Shown in pieces: positions 51,101 through 64,000 of a DNA stretch of 64,000 nucleotides. The notes below the pieces were generated by a model. That model was not told where the DNA came from, ran no database searches, and was given only the letters and a program-made list of their open reading frames with translations. The stretch spans positions 377,175 through 441,174 of the forward strand of contig NW_005434599.1 in the NCBI RefSeq assembly GCF_000315625.1, given 5' to 3'. The stretch comes from Guillardia theta CCMP2712 (taxonomy: Eukaryota > Protista > Cryptophyta). Both the position numbers and the translations under genes were made by a program. Numbering within the stretch: position 1 is the first letter of the stretch; each line of letters starts with the position of its first letter.

Positions 51101-51908
51101 TCCGGTTCCCCTTTCGAGGCTCGGGCATTTTCAATGTCGTTGTTGATAATTACTCCACCATGAAGCAGCCTTTCTACATCAACAACAATGCTGCCAACGA
51201 TCAAGACTACCACGATCCGTATGCAGGCAATCGAAGAATCAAGTCAGTCTCTATCCTCGCGATTCCCCTGGTATCGTCTGTCAGCACCAAGAAACGAGGA
51301 ACTAAGGACCAGGAGCCTGATGAGCAAGCGGGTAACTCAGGTCTCAGCCGGCCGTGACCTCTTTGTTCCTGTACTCACTTGACGTGCAGACCCTGCATTG
51401 ATGTCTGTTGTCAAGTCTGCTATGAACAATCGAACAGAAGAGTTCTTTGGGGTGCGGTGATCCTAACGGCTTTTTCATTCTTGACTGCTCGCCTCAGGTG
51501 CTGGTGCTAACTAATCGCCTTGAAGAAAGATCCCGCGTGCATGCCATGAATTGTAACTGATGATTCGACGTCCTCTCAGAGCCTCAACTCTCTGCAGGTC
51601 AAGCTGAGTTAGGAAGCCATCGTCTCCTCGATGCCGAGACTGGCCTCCTTGCCCACCTTCAGTCGAGGGCCTGGAAGAACCATGGCGACGAGTCGCTGTT
51701 CCGATCGCTCTCGTCCAAGAAGAACGCCAAGGGCCTCATGATTCGCAAGTTCACGGACGGGGACGTTGACCTTGTGCAGGCCTTGGTTCAGAATGCCGTC
51801 GCCGGGTTTGATTGCTCCAACTTGAGTAGCGAGCAACCACCAGCCGGTGTTCGGTTACAGAGGGTGGAGAGTTCAGCTGAAGGAGGTCGAGTTACATTCA
51901 ATGACTGA
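45162..51908 (+). CDS. Large multi-GAF-domain protein, very many short exons
   Basis: GAF motifs SCLMVPAFNRDQEVEGILQV..FDKTD..LVQHVGVALQN, CCPLRRANGKPFGVVELV..FNRKEE, SILAIPLV, RKFTDGDVDLVQALVQNA; could be more than one gene. Confidence 0.65.
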
Positions 51909-52087
51909 TGAATGCGAAGCTAGAGCGTGAATGTTTGTTTCATCTACTTCATCTATGAATGAACAGAGGGATAAGAATGACATAAGTGGTTGAAAAACTC
52001 TGTTTTTATTTGATATATGCAGTGTAAAAGGAAATACCTGATCTATAGAGCTCTCGTTGCTCACTCGGTTGATAAAAGAGAAAAATC

Positions 52088-52950
52088 TTATTTCCTGACG
52101 TGCTCAAACACTTTCTTCATCGTCTGGAACTTCTTCTGTCTCTTTAGAGTCTCATCCGCTGCATGCGAGTCGTGTGATGCTTCAAGAGTTTTTGGACCAG
52201 AGTAGTACGCAAACTGAGCCGAAGCACCGCTCAAGACGCCTTCTTCTCTCAACTGCCGCAGCTTCTGCGCTGCCACCTTCTTGTACTCCTCGTCATCTTT
52301 GATAAGGAATCTGTGTTCAATCTCAGTATAAGCCACGGATGAAAGTCTCGAATCGTTGAAAGGCAGCAACGGGAGTGCTTTACGTACCTCTCCTCAAGTA
52401 GTTCGGGGTTCCCTAGTTCTGACGGCAGTAGCCTTACCTCAGTCTTTTGCTGTGAAATGAGATGGTTATGTGTCATATAAGACAATATTTCTGAGTACCT
52501 CGGAAGCTGCTTGTTCCGCGAGACTTTTTGCTCCTGCGGTATCCTTGGAACTAGTCGCTGCAACAGTCTGAATAACGTCTTTGACATCTTTTATCTCCTA
52601 GCAGAAATGTTAGGATATGCGTGACAAAACAATCAAATAGACCAACCTCCTTGCCGCTTTGCTCTTTCAGTGATTGCTTTTCGCCTTGTTGCTTCAAGTC
52701 TTTCAATGATTCTACTTCAGAAATCGTTTCGTCTTGATTTCCAAACGTGAAGTTCAATTTGTTTGTTGGTACTGGCTTGGTTACTTCCAAAACTTTCCGG
52801 TTGTGCTCTTCGATCAGCTTTGCTACTAAACCAGTCTTCTTTCTCACAGGCAACGATGAATCATTCGCAGACAAAGAAACTCCTTCATTCGATACCAGCT
52901 GCTTTGCCACCTGCTCGCTGACCTCGACCCGGGGTGATTCCACCGACTGC

Positions 52951-52982
<32 letters not shown>

Positions 52983-53673
52983 GTGCTGTCCACTGACATC
53001 GACCCGGGCTGGTCCCGCTGGCTCTTGCTTCTCACTGCCCTCCACCCAGGCTGATGCTGCTGGCTTCTGCTGCTCTTGCTTCTCGCTGACGCCGATCCGG
53101 GCTGGTGGTAGTTGTGACAGCTGCTGCTGCTGCTGCTGTGTTGGTTGCTGCTGGTTCTCGCTGACGTCGACCTGGGCTTGTACTGCTGGTTGCTGGCTCT
53201 CGCTGACGTCGATCCGGGCTGGTAGTTGTGACAGCTGCTGCTGCTGCTGCTGCTCTTGCTTCTCGCCGACGTCGACCTGGGCCGGCTGCTGCTGCTGCGC
53301 TGGTTGCTGCTGGCTCTCGCTGACGTCGACCTGGGCTGGTACCGCTGGCTCCTGCTGCTCATCGATCTCGACCCGGGCTGGTACCGCAGCCGGCTGCTGC
53401 TGCTGCTGGCTCTCGCTGATGTCGACCTGGGCTGGTAGTTGTGACAGCTGCTGGTGCTGCTGGTGCTGTCCACTGACATCGACCCGGGCTGGTCCCGCTG
53501 GCTCTTGCTTCTCACTGCCCTCCACCCAGGCTGATGCTGCTGGCTTCTGCTGCTCTTGCTTCTCGTTGACGTCGATCCGGGCTGGTGGTAGTTGTGACAG
53601 CTGCTGCTGCTGCTGCTGCTGCTGTGTTGGTTGCTGCTGGTTCTCGCTGACATCGACCTGGACTGGTATCGCT

Positions 53674-53721
<48 letters not shown>

Positions 53722-56700
53722 GTTGGTTCTTGCTTCTCATCGATCTCGACCCGGGATGGTACCGCAGCCGGCTGCTGCTGCTGCTCTTGCTTCTCGCTGA
53801 CGTCGACCTGGGCTGGTGGTAGTTGTGACAGCTGCTGCTGCTGCTGCTGTGTTGGTTGCTGCTGGCTCTCGCTGACCTTGACCTGGGCTTGTACCGCTTC
53901 CTGCTGTTGTTGCTCCTGCAGCACTGGCTTTTTGTTGCTGATATCGACCTGGGCTGGTACTGCTGGCTTCTGCTGCTGCTGATGCTGCTGCTGCTTCTGT
54001 TGCTGCTGCAGCTTTGCCAAGAGCTGCTGCTGCTGAAGCTTCTGCTGCTGCTCCTGAAGCTGTTGCTGTTGTTGCTGCTGGTGCAGCATCAGCAATTCCT
54101 GCTGCTCCTGGAAATTTTGCTTCGCCGGCTGCTCGCTGACGTCCTTCTTGGCTGAATCTTCCTGGCTATCTACTCCGGCTCCAACAAGTGCAGAATTCTG
54201 ACCTGTGCATTCCATATCTGTGGTCAATTCTGCAGCAAAATAGTGTGTTTGAGACCGTAATGTCACTCCATCTTGGCTTGGGGGATCAGCTTTGAGATCT
54301 TGAGCGGATCTTTCATTGGGTTCCGGTGGAAGTTGAATTGATATAGTGCCTTGATCAGAGTCAAGTGTTGAATCATTTCGCGATTCATTTGAGGCCTTCT
54401 TGCTTGATACAAGTCTAGTCAAGATACTCAATATCACCCTTCTTCGATAACCAATTAGTATCAATGCACCAAGTCCTACAACACCGGAGACAGCAATGAT
54501 GATGATTGAAGTTGACCCAGCCTTTTGCACCTGTTCGGAGGAAGTTGGAATCAAGGCGCTTGCATTTGCAGATGTCTCCGGAGTTGTTGATGGCGGAGGG
54601 TTCTTTGGAACCGCTGTAGGCTTCATTCGGATCGCAAATACGGAAAGTTGATTGATGCTACTTTGTAAGCGATTACTTTCAAGATCGACCTGACTTTCAA
54701 CGTAGTTCCATGTCAAAGTAGCTCCATTCAATGAGTATAGTGCGCACGATGACCTCTGCTCCTCAGGAAATGACGATACATCCAATGACAAGGTTAAGGG
54801 CTTTACCAAAGTTGTTCCTGCTGGGCCAAGAACGATAGTTGGACCGCGTTCTGAAGTTTGTGCCAACGGGACCTGGTCATACAGGAATGCAGAGATGTCG
54901 ATGATGCCTTCAAATGCCATCTCAGGCACAACCAACAAGCCCCAAGACTGTAACAGAATCTCTCCACCCTGAGAACCATCTATCGATTCGACTTGCTTCT
55001 GAATCGGCAAAACAGGCGGGAGTGGACAGTCGGAGTCTACTAGTTGTACTAAACACATCTGTGCGCAATCAGTCCCCAACATTTGTGGGGAGCAACCTTT
55101 TGTTTTGAGTGGAGTACATCGGCTTGCAAGTACACTGTTTCCTGCTTCACATGTGAAAGATTGTTCTTGACGACAATCGGGACTGCATCCATCGTCGCTG
55201 TTCTTGTTTCCATCATCACATTGTTCTTGACCAGTAACTCGCCCATCACCTACATGTCATTAGAACTTTCAAAATTCATAACAATAGATCTTACCGCAAA
55301 CATCGTCGTTTGAAATTGAGACCGCAATCAAACCATTTTGTGCGCAAGTGCAAGATGCTTTGTTTGTTGAAAAGTCAGTAGGTGAACAGAATTCTTTGCT
55401 CCATCCATCGTCGTACAGCACACAATTCCAAAGTACGTGCGTCAGATCTACACTCTTTACAGGAATTTCTGCTGTGAAGATTATTTGGCGTCCTCGCAAA
55501 TTTTCATTGATAGTCGCATCTGTACTCACAACTGCAAAGCTGTACATGTCCGAAATAAAATTTTCTGCTTGCACGTTGAAAGGATTTCTCCACAGATAGA
55601 AATAAACGAGCAGAACATCTCTGACAGAGTTCAATGAAGAGTCACTATCGGAAATGTTCACTGTAGAAAATTGATATGGCACCGAGCTCGCCACCACTTG
55701 CTTTCCTTGAGCGAACTTCTGCTTATACACCACAATTTGAGTGTCTGTTGACATGCAAATAGAGTTGCACAAAAGGTTCTGTGTTGGATCAACAAAGTCA
55801 TAGGTGGAATACGATACAGCAATACGAATGGTTTCCTTGAGTAATTGCAGTAACGTGATCTCTTGAGAGCTGGTCAATCCTATTTGCTGAAAGATCAACG
55901 ATTCAATCACTGAGACCGTGAACAGGACGTTACGCAAGTCTGTATCACTAAAGTCTGGACCTATCACTTGAGGAATCAAACTTGTAGTGTTGTAGATGAC
56001 ACCAACTGCAGCGATCGTCGCTTCCATAGTCAAACCTTCTGTACTATTCACGAGAAATGTCAAAGTACTCAATGTCTCCAGAACATTTCCTGCAGTTGGA
56101 GCTTGTTTTGCAATGATTGTAAAGAGTGACACGATCGTGTTACTCCTAATTTGCACATTATCAGATAAAGAAAAGAGCGAACGGCGAGATCCTGTGGATT
56201 GACTCTCTCGGGATAATTTTTGCGTCAAGGAAACTGCGAAATTACTAAAATCAGAGGTCTTTCCAAGTTGAATAAATGTATCCAGCGCGGCTTGAGCGTC
56301 GTTTGGAGCGATAGTTGATATTGGGAGTACAGATATTGTATTGATCTTGTACAAAGACTGAGCACCAAGGCTGTCAATAACAATGACGGTGATGTTTGCT
56401 TGGCCTGAAGGCAAGTAGAGGTCACGAATAGGCGTTTGTGATGGCGCAAATGAGGGCGACTCTGAGCTGCTGCTTATTTGATAGCTGAATTGAAACGTGA
56501 GTGGAACGTCTGAATCAGAGAAGCTTCCACACTCAACTCGAAACCTTGTCTGCACTTCATATCCAACTGTTGGATTCACTGTGCAGGTTCCTCCAGAAGG
56601 CGCGCGGTTTATCACGAAATCGAAGAATGCCGAGCCTTTGCATAGTCCGTTGCAGAATTGATTCCCTTGGGGTTCCTGATAGCTGTTCACAACAATTGTA

Positions 56701-59700
56701 TACTTTCGACCTTCCAGAAATACTGACGGTGGAATAAAGATTGCATTGGCAGTTCCGGATAGAGTGAAAATGTTTTCTTGATCTTGCAACTCCCATGAAA
56801 ACGAGGTGCAAGACGTACAAGACGTTTCAAGGAGATTCATGATTTGATCTGGATTCAGGTAATTCTTCCCTTTGACCAAGATGGTTGAGAGGGATGTGAT
56901 CGAAGTGGCTGGAACATATTCCTCCACGAACACCATGACCACGCTGCTCGTCGCTGTCCTTGAGTCCTTGCTGACTTCCAATGTGAATTGATAGTTCACG
57001 TTGACATCAAACCCCTCGGTGTACATGCTTAGCCCTGGTTGATTGGGGAATGTGAAAGGTACGTTACTGACTCTGTCCCTGCATATCATGCCAGACACTT
57101 GACAGGACCACTGGAACTGAAGATTAGGATCCGAAGCACCAGCTGGGACGTCAGGGTCGTAGGAGCCGCTTCCATCGAGATACAGATGTGAGCTCCCTCG
57201 CCCAAGTTTGGAATCGCCATTTCGAATCACAGCAACCAGATCCGACGCCATCAGGTGGAACGACACGTCCGCGCTCGTGATTGCAGGTGGGTTGGTTGGC
57301 AAGATCACCAGCAGTCGTAGAGAGTATGGTCCAGGAATACTGAGTGTGCCCTTAGGAAGGAAGAACGTTGGTGAATTACGACCAAGTGCACTATTTGGGA
57401 TATGATTGTTTGTGATTTGGCCTTCCAACTGAAGTTGGGTCCATTGGAATTGGAGCTCCATTTCCTGGCTGCAACTTGAAAACGCTGTCTTAGCTTCAAA
57501 TATGACGTCGTCGAACTTTGAAAACGAGCCGAACCCTGAGAGGCTCACCACCGGAACGGGGAGAGAAGTCTTTTCAAATTGCAAGGCAAGAGTTTCACTC
57601 ACTGCCCCAAGGAAGTTGATTCCGTAGACCTGAACTTCATAAGTCCCCGCTGCATCCACAAAATCAGAGCTTGACAGCAGTATCCTATCGGCAGAGGTGA
57701 GGGACAACTTCGTCTGAGTCACCTGCTGACATTTTAGACACTTCCAAGTAAATATAAGGGGTCTGGCGAAAGATCCTAGCGCCATGATTTCAACAGTGTC
57801 ACAGGGCCCAACCTTTTGAGGACCCACCAATTGAAAGACAGGTTTCTTCAGACCTATGGGAGCTACAACCTGTACTTGACCACTGCAGTATGGTCCGAGG
57901 TTGCTGCTGTCTTTCAAAACCTGGGGATTGATCGAGATTCTATCACTTGGAACAATGCTTGCACCATACGACAAGATAATGCTCAGTGTCATTTCATCAG
58001 TCCATGCACATGAAGCAGATTTTCCTATGTTGTCAATCGTCGAGGTATCAAGGAACACATTACAATCGGATCGCTTGGACGCTTCCAAGGAGAAGATATT
58101 TGTTCGATCAGAGAACGAAATTGAGATGGATGATCCAAACGCATTGAAAACAGCTGTCGTCAAGCTTGGAGCAGCAACATAGCGAAATTTAAGAATTCCT
58201 TGTCGTTTTGTGCTCAAGATGTTAGTGATAGTCAAATCTACTAATGTAGATTTCCTATACATGTTCGTACTCGGTACGAGAACAAGCAAGTACGTCTTCT
58301 GTACTGTTGAATTCACCAGTGCAGAAGCCGTCGCATATTCGGTTCCAAATTGAATTGCAACTTGATCAGAGCTGGTTATGATTCCAAGGTTGGTCACTGA
58401 TAAGAGCAGAATATCCTTTCCATCTATCCCACCTGAGCAATCCCCATCAATCTTTATTTTCTGGTCCAAACTTGACATTCCAGTTCGGTTGCACGTAGTA
58501 CGAATGCTAGAATCAAATGACTCATATGTCAAAAATGTTGATGACTGATATCCATCATTGACTGCTACAGTTGCCTGCTGCATACCAAATGTAAGAGCCG
58601 GCATGATTGCCTCAAGGATAGTTTCTCCAGAACTTGCATCGGAGTAGACAATGCTGGAAACAGCGGCTTTTTGACTCAACCCAAAGCTTATAGTGATATC
58701 AGTTGTTCTCAATTGTTTGGGGTAGTGTGAAATTGTTAATCTCACAACCGTGCCACCCTCCATCGAACCTCGCGATGGGGACAAGCTCAGAACTCTTGCG
58801 ACAGGAGATGTGTACGAGAATGGAACTTGAACGGTCATATCCAACAATTCGCCCGAGGCGAGAGATATCGAAGGAACAATGGAGATTTGCGTATCCGTCG
58901 CGAGATCTGATCTTGGAACGATTAAACTGAAACTATTATACCCATTCACACTCGATACCTTGGAAGGAACATTGCGCAAGTAAACTTGAACATCAAGAGC
59001 AGTGGATATGATGGGAAAATTCTGCAAAGACACTTCAATGATATCCCCTCCCTTGATTGTTGCTGATGTGGGCCGAATCGACAAAACCCCGGGTTTAACA
59101 AAGTAGGAGATTGTGAAGTTCTGCCGATTATCACCATTCACGATTTCAGCTAACATAGTAGAACCACTCGTGTATGGCAAGGTGACTATCTTCAAAGTCT
59201 GGAAGCAGATGTTTGAGGATGTACAACTTGATATGCGCTGAGAGGTCAATTGTGTTCGCTTGAGTCCAGAAGATTGTGATGGCACGTATGCATAAACTAG
59301 GACACTGTCGGTTGTGCCATAGAAAACTACCTGGATCTCAGTCCCTCCCGTCGATGAGGCTCGTCGTGAGAGGGAAGGGGTTGGGGGAGTAGTTTGGAAC
59401 GAGGAATATACATCTTCACAAGTATTCTGGTCCTTGGTAATGCAAAAAGTCACGATGCCGATCGTTTCAATGCTTGGAGTGTTAAATGATATGTAAAGAA
59501 TGCTTGCATTCATGCTTGCTTGTTGGACTGAATTGGGTCGGAGGACCTGACCTAGAAATCGAATGTAGAGCTGAGATCTCAGAAAATTTTCTGCGTTGTA
59601 AAGAATCATATCAACGGAAGTGCTGGTAAGGACAGGGCCAGAAGATGGAAAGATGTATCCGATATATGGAGCAGCTGATACTTCAAATTGAAGATCGATC

Positions 59701-62700
59701 TGGAAATGTTGCCCATTCAAGCCATAAGATCCCAATATTGAAAGAACATACATGCTCTTTGGAAGAATCTGAGAGAACACCACGCGAAGACTCGCAGAGT
59801 TGGAGCTCGCGTCTATAGACACTTCAAACTGTGAAGAGTACGATTTCCCATCTGAAGTTGAAGCCAAGACCGAGTTGAGGACAACGTTCGATGAATAATC
59901 AATCATCCGAGCCTGCAAGCTGACCACATCACCTTCAGTGAACTTACTTGGAAAGATACTTTGTACTCCTGGAGTGGGTGGATTTGTTACATATAGAATG
60001 AAAGGATCGCTTACGAGATATCCGTCATACCAGATCACCCCACTGTAATTTCCAGCCAATGCAGGTGCAACACAACTGATTTGTACTTTAGTCTTTGCCA
60101 TCGTACTGGATACAAGGGTTACAGAAGCTCTGGAATCCAAGTTGAATTGAATGTTTACATCCCCTTCCTTTCCTGCCTTAACCATAGGAAAATTCTCAAG
60201 ATCGATCAAAATTTTGATTGGCTGCGTAGTCAGCACAGAGGTACTTTTGCATGCTTGTGGATTCCCTTTTGTACATCCGGGATAGATGTTAGTAATGATT
60301 GGGGGTCCTTCAATAGGTGCTATATACTCATACTGCACTGACAAACTCCTTCGTGGCAGGCTGTCAACGATGTCGAAGGAGATGATACATGTGCGATTCC
60401 TTCCACAACAGCAGTCCGAACGATATTCTGGTGCTAAGAAACTCACAATCGTATTCGAAGAGCTGTAAACAACTGTACTCGTTTGGACGACGCCATTATA
60501 TGTCACCCGTATTCCACTGTCAATCGATTGCCTTGTTGACAGTAACGTGTCAGATTCCAAGGCAAGCTGCAGCACGTCACCACCCTTTGGGCTGCCACTA
60601 GTTGGTGAAAACGAAAGGAGTTTGGGTGATGGAAAACTCAAGGTATCGAGACAGTACTTCGCATCGCATTTCAGAGATCCTGACGGATCACTTTGAAGGA
60701 GGTAATTGTTTGCCATGAAATTGACATTAGTTGCCGCACAGAACTGGTTGTAATCACACGGGGGTGTGAAAACAAAGGGAATAGGCATGCTATATGTTGC
60801 TTTGTAAACAAGTCTGCCCTGGATGGTTGACTCAATCTTGACATCTGACTGTGCAGGAACGATAGCTGTTAGCAAACCTTCGTTTGAAGAGACTTGAACA
60901 TACGACGACAATGGGGTACTTGCACTACCAAAGGTCAGAGTCCAAGCACTCAAGTTTTGAGTCTGATCTAAGATGTTGATAACGGATATCCGCAATATCT
61001 GTCCACCACCTGTTGAACCCACTGAAGGAAAGAAATATGAGATTCTTGGAATAGAATTCCTGTAATATTCAAATTGGAACAACACGGCTTTGTTTGGTTT
61101 CTGAATCACGCTGATTGAGATGTTAACAAATTGTGCTTCATCCCAAGGGGGAAGCGAGAAAGCAAGTGTAGTTAGTGATGGTGTTGTCGCAGTTGCCTCC
61201 GTGTAGTCATATCCTCCTATGTTTGAAATCCGGTATGTATCTCTGATTCTGATAGAAATTTCATTCGCCTGTGCCCGAGGAAAGTTGCTGACTATCACAG
61301 TCATACCCGTACCAGTAGTCATATCTGCGCTTTGAACAGAGATGTAGTCTACCTTGGGAGTTAGATCAGGCACAAATATGCGAGCAAAAATTGCTTCACT
61401 CTGTCCGACATCATTCTGAGCAACGATTGATACAGAATAAGTGATACCCGGATTCGCGAGATAGGATATGTTGCAATAATTGCTGCATGCCTGCAAAGGT
61501 ACTTCGATTGTACTCGTCAGAGCGCACGAGTCTAAACATTCATGCAGAGAAACAGAGAAGGAGGTAACAGCATTGTAAGAGCTCTTCGATGTAGAGAAAG
61601 GTAAGTCAATATGGCTCCAAATGATGAAAGCTTGTGAATCTTGGTATTGGATTGTCGCACCATATGCTGAGGTTGGAGTACCATACAAATAGAAAGTGAA
61701 TGTCTGCTGTGTGATTGATATCCCTCCATTCAACTCCCCACCATTGTCACGCAGCTGTATGCTCCAGTTAGTTTGACCAAAAGCGCCCGGAATTCGCGAA
61801 AACGTGATATAGCCGTTCAAATCAATTACAGGGATGGCAGTGAAATAGTTCTGTACTCCCGTCAGTTTGATCAAAGTGAAACTCAAAAGCTGATCACTCT
61901 CGTCTTTTGGGCCGGGAGATATCCCAGAAACAATCTTTGTGGATATCGATCCATATAATTGCGTGACTCTGATTGATGGTTGTAATAACGTGAAAATCGG
62001 CGCATCATTCACTGGAAGAATAATAACAGAGAATATCTGTACCTGCGACAAAGATGTACCGTAAACATCACCTCCATTGTCCTGCAGCTGTACTGTCCAA
62101 TTTGACGAGCCCGAGGTATCAGGTAGCCCTTGAAATGTGAGCGCGCCGGTACCATTGATTGTCGGCAAAACATTGAAAATTCCTCTGCTTTCAAGATTGA
62201 TGGAAGAGACAAGAAAGGTCAACTTTTGCCATCTTTCATCTATTGGTCCTGCGGTAATGTCGTAAGCAAATTGATTGTTCACATAGAGGCCATAATCTTC
62301 CACAACCTTTACAATGTTGATGGAAAGTCTGAAGCTGGGCGGATCATTAACAGTCAAAATAAGGATACTGAGATACTTCGGTTGTGATGTGTCAACGCCT
62401 CCAAATAGAGTGCCGCCGTTGTCAGCCAAAATGACAGTGCAATTCACGTAGCCATTGAAGTTAGGCTTGCTTTCGAAAAACAATGTTCCATTTGAAGCGA
62501 TAAAAGGAGCTCGGAGAAACGCAGTAGGCAAATCAGTTGAAACACTGAAGGTCAACTTCTGCCAACTCTCCTCAGGAGACCCTGTTGTGATATCGTATGC
62601 CGTGTAAGGTAGGTTTGCTGGACCTGCGTCTTCCAACACTTGTACGAATCTCAGCAAGGAAAAGGAAGGTGCTGTATTGCTGGATGCCAGCGCAATTGTT

Positions 62701-64000
62701 TTCGAGACATGAACGCTCTCTCCTGCAACATTAAGAACTGAAATTTCCAAGGACACATTCGACTTCAATGGAATGTTTTGAAGTAATGTTCTACAATCCA
62801 ATTCACAAACAGAAGTATTCAAGAACTTATCAAAAGTATCCAAAATTTCACCTACAGAACTTCTGTATTGTACATGAATCTGAAAAGTGATTCCAACCGA
62901 TTTTGCATTAGTTTTGAAAGTGTCAGGATATTGCCATTGTACAAGCACTTCGTCCAAAGACCACTGAGATAGCAAAAGATTTTGCACAGGTGGTGGACTG
63001 TACACAAGAACTGTCGTCAAGAATTTCGGGTCCGAAGTATCAACTCCTCCATTGGTTATTCCTCCATTGTCTCGAGCTAGGATACGGAATTGTGCAGCAC
63101 CTATACCCAAAGAAGCAACATTCATGTATAGCGATCCAGCAGGAGATATTGAAAGCGAACTGAGCTGAAATCCAGTCGGTCCACTTACAAGCGAAATCTC
63201 AAAGGAGATTTGCTGAGTAAGTTCTTCATCAGGAGCACCAGTGGAAATATTTCGAATTGCTCTAGGATATTCAACTGGTCCATATGCAATAATCAAGAAC
63301 GAGGGAATCGAAACTACAAAGCTTGGAGGATCATTGACAGGGAGAACAATTACTTGAAGAAGTCTATCTGCAAAGAACGAAACTTCTCCATCCCATAGAC
63401 TGACATTCAACATGACACTGCCTGAGGAGTCCTGCCTTAAAGAAGAACGAAGGTCTCCATTGAGGGATATAGACGGAATCTCACCAAAAAGAGAGGAACT
63501 CCCTGAAGAAAATGAAATTTGAAAAAACGATTTGGCTGAGATTGAACGAATATTCACCGCAACACTTGAAACGAAATCAAGCGAGTGACTATCCTCTAGC
63601 GCTTGAAGATAACTCCTCGATAAATCAAAAAACAAAGATGGAGCAGGTGTCGGAATAAGTGTGGTGGTAGTAGTGCTCGAGGTCGTCGGCGCCGGCGTGG
63701 TGGTAGTAGTGCTCGAGGTCGTCGGCGCCGGCGTGGTGGTAGTAGTGCTCGAGGTCGTCGGCGCCGGCGTGGTGGTAGTAGTGCTCGAGGTCGTCGGCGC
63801 CGGCGTGGTGGTAGTAGTGCTCGAGGTCGTCGGCGCCGGCGTGGTGGTAGTAGTGCTCGAGGTCGTCGGCGCCGGCGTGGTGGTAGTAGTGCTCGAGGTC
63901 GTCGGCGCCGGCGTGGTGGTAGTAGTGCTCGAGGTCGTCGGCGCCGGCGTGGTGGTAGTAGTGCTCGAGGTCGTCGGCGGCCCACGTATGGTGGTAGAAG
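52088..64000 (-). CDS. Giant single-pass surface protein (5' truncated): T/P/S stalk - cadherin/Ig-like and FN3 - IPT/TIG repeats - REJ - GPS - Myxococcus Cys-rich repeat - ZU5 - TM - Q-rich tail
   Basis: VNDPPSF/VNDAPIF repeats; SPSRGSMEGGTVVRLT (IPT); LDGSGSYDPD and NRAPSGGTCTVNP (REJ); CVLYDDGWSKEFC..CTC (GPS); CGDGRVTGQEQCDDGNKNSDDGCSPDC; TM IIIIAVSGVVGLGALILIGY; intron ~55250-55294 links the two big ORFs. Confidence 0.85.
52900..54110 (-). repeat. Coding poly-Q / PA(Q/R)VD(V/I)SE repeat array with a 480-bp-offset internal duplication
   Basis: Lines starting 52981 and 53461 are identical; CTG runs. Confidence 0.9.
63661..63979 (-). repeat. Perfect 36-bp tandem repeat (~9 copies) encoding TPAPTTSSTTTT, in frame with the giant ORF
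   Basis: Unit gtggtggtagtagtgctcgaggtcgtcggcgccggc; frame continues TTTLIPTPAPSLFFDL into ORF 55269-63635. Confidence 0.95.

Noticed and set aside
52747-53982. 411-aa poly-Cys ORF on the plus strand (metallothionein/keratin-like look)
   Set aside because: Antisense shadow of the CAG/polyQ repeats of the minus-strand receptor
63596-63985. Arg-rich RRRRPRALLPP ORF, or a CRISPR-like 36-bp repeat array
   Set aside because: Alternative frame of the Thr/Pro repeat; units are contiguous with no spacers and there are no cas genes

Overview
Gene-dense eukaryotic nuclear DNA with very many ~40-55 nt spliceosomal introns. The style is most consistent with a flagellated cryptophyte such as Guillardia theta (inference, not proven). 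Recognisable genes: Pus7/TruD pseudouridine synthase, TBC1D32/BROMI-like, a ZMYND10-like protein without a MYND finger, an ER SDR, an ankyrin protein, RFC4, mitochondrial SHMT, COQ5, TTLL4/5, a WW microprotein, a four-domain voltage-gated cation channel, a multi-GAF protein and a giant REJ/GPS surface receptor running off the right end. The best candidate for a new system is an intronless, AT-rich gene (13692-16619, minus). It fuses three RRM-like domains, a possible LOTUS-like winged helix, a DZIP3-type HEPN-like domain, a non-RD Ser/Thr kinase and a SAM domain, which resembles an RNase L/Ire1/PKR-like RNA-sensing defence protein. Other highlights: a channel with a non-canonical T/S/D/D selectivity filter and HEAT repeats in its II-III linker, a recurring promoter grammar (TACCC block - CAAAACTT - CCGG/GAGTC block), and a decayed virus-type glycine-rich fragment next to a 417-bp tandem duplication. 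All domain calls were made by eye from remembered family motifs and all splice models are manual; no searches were run.
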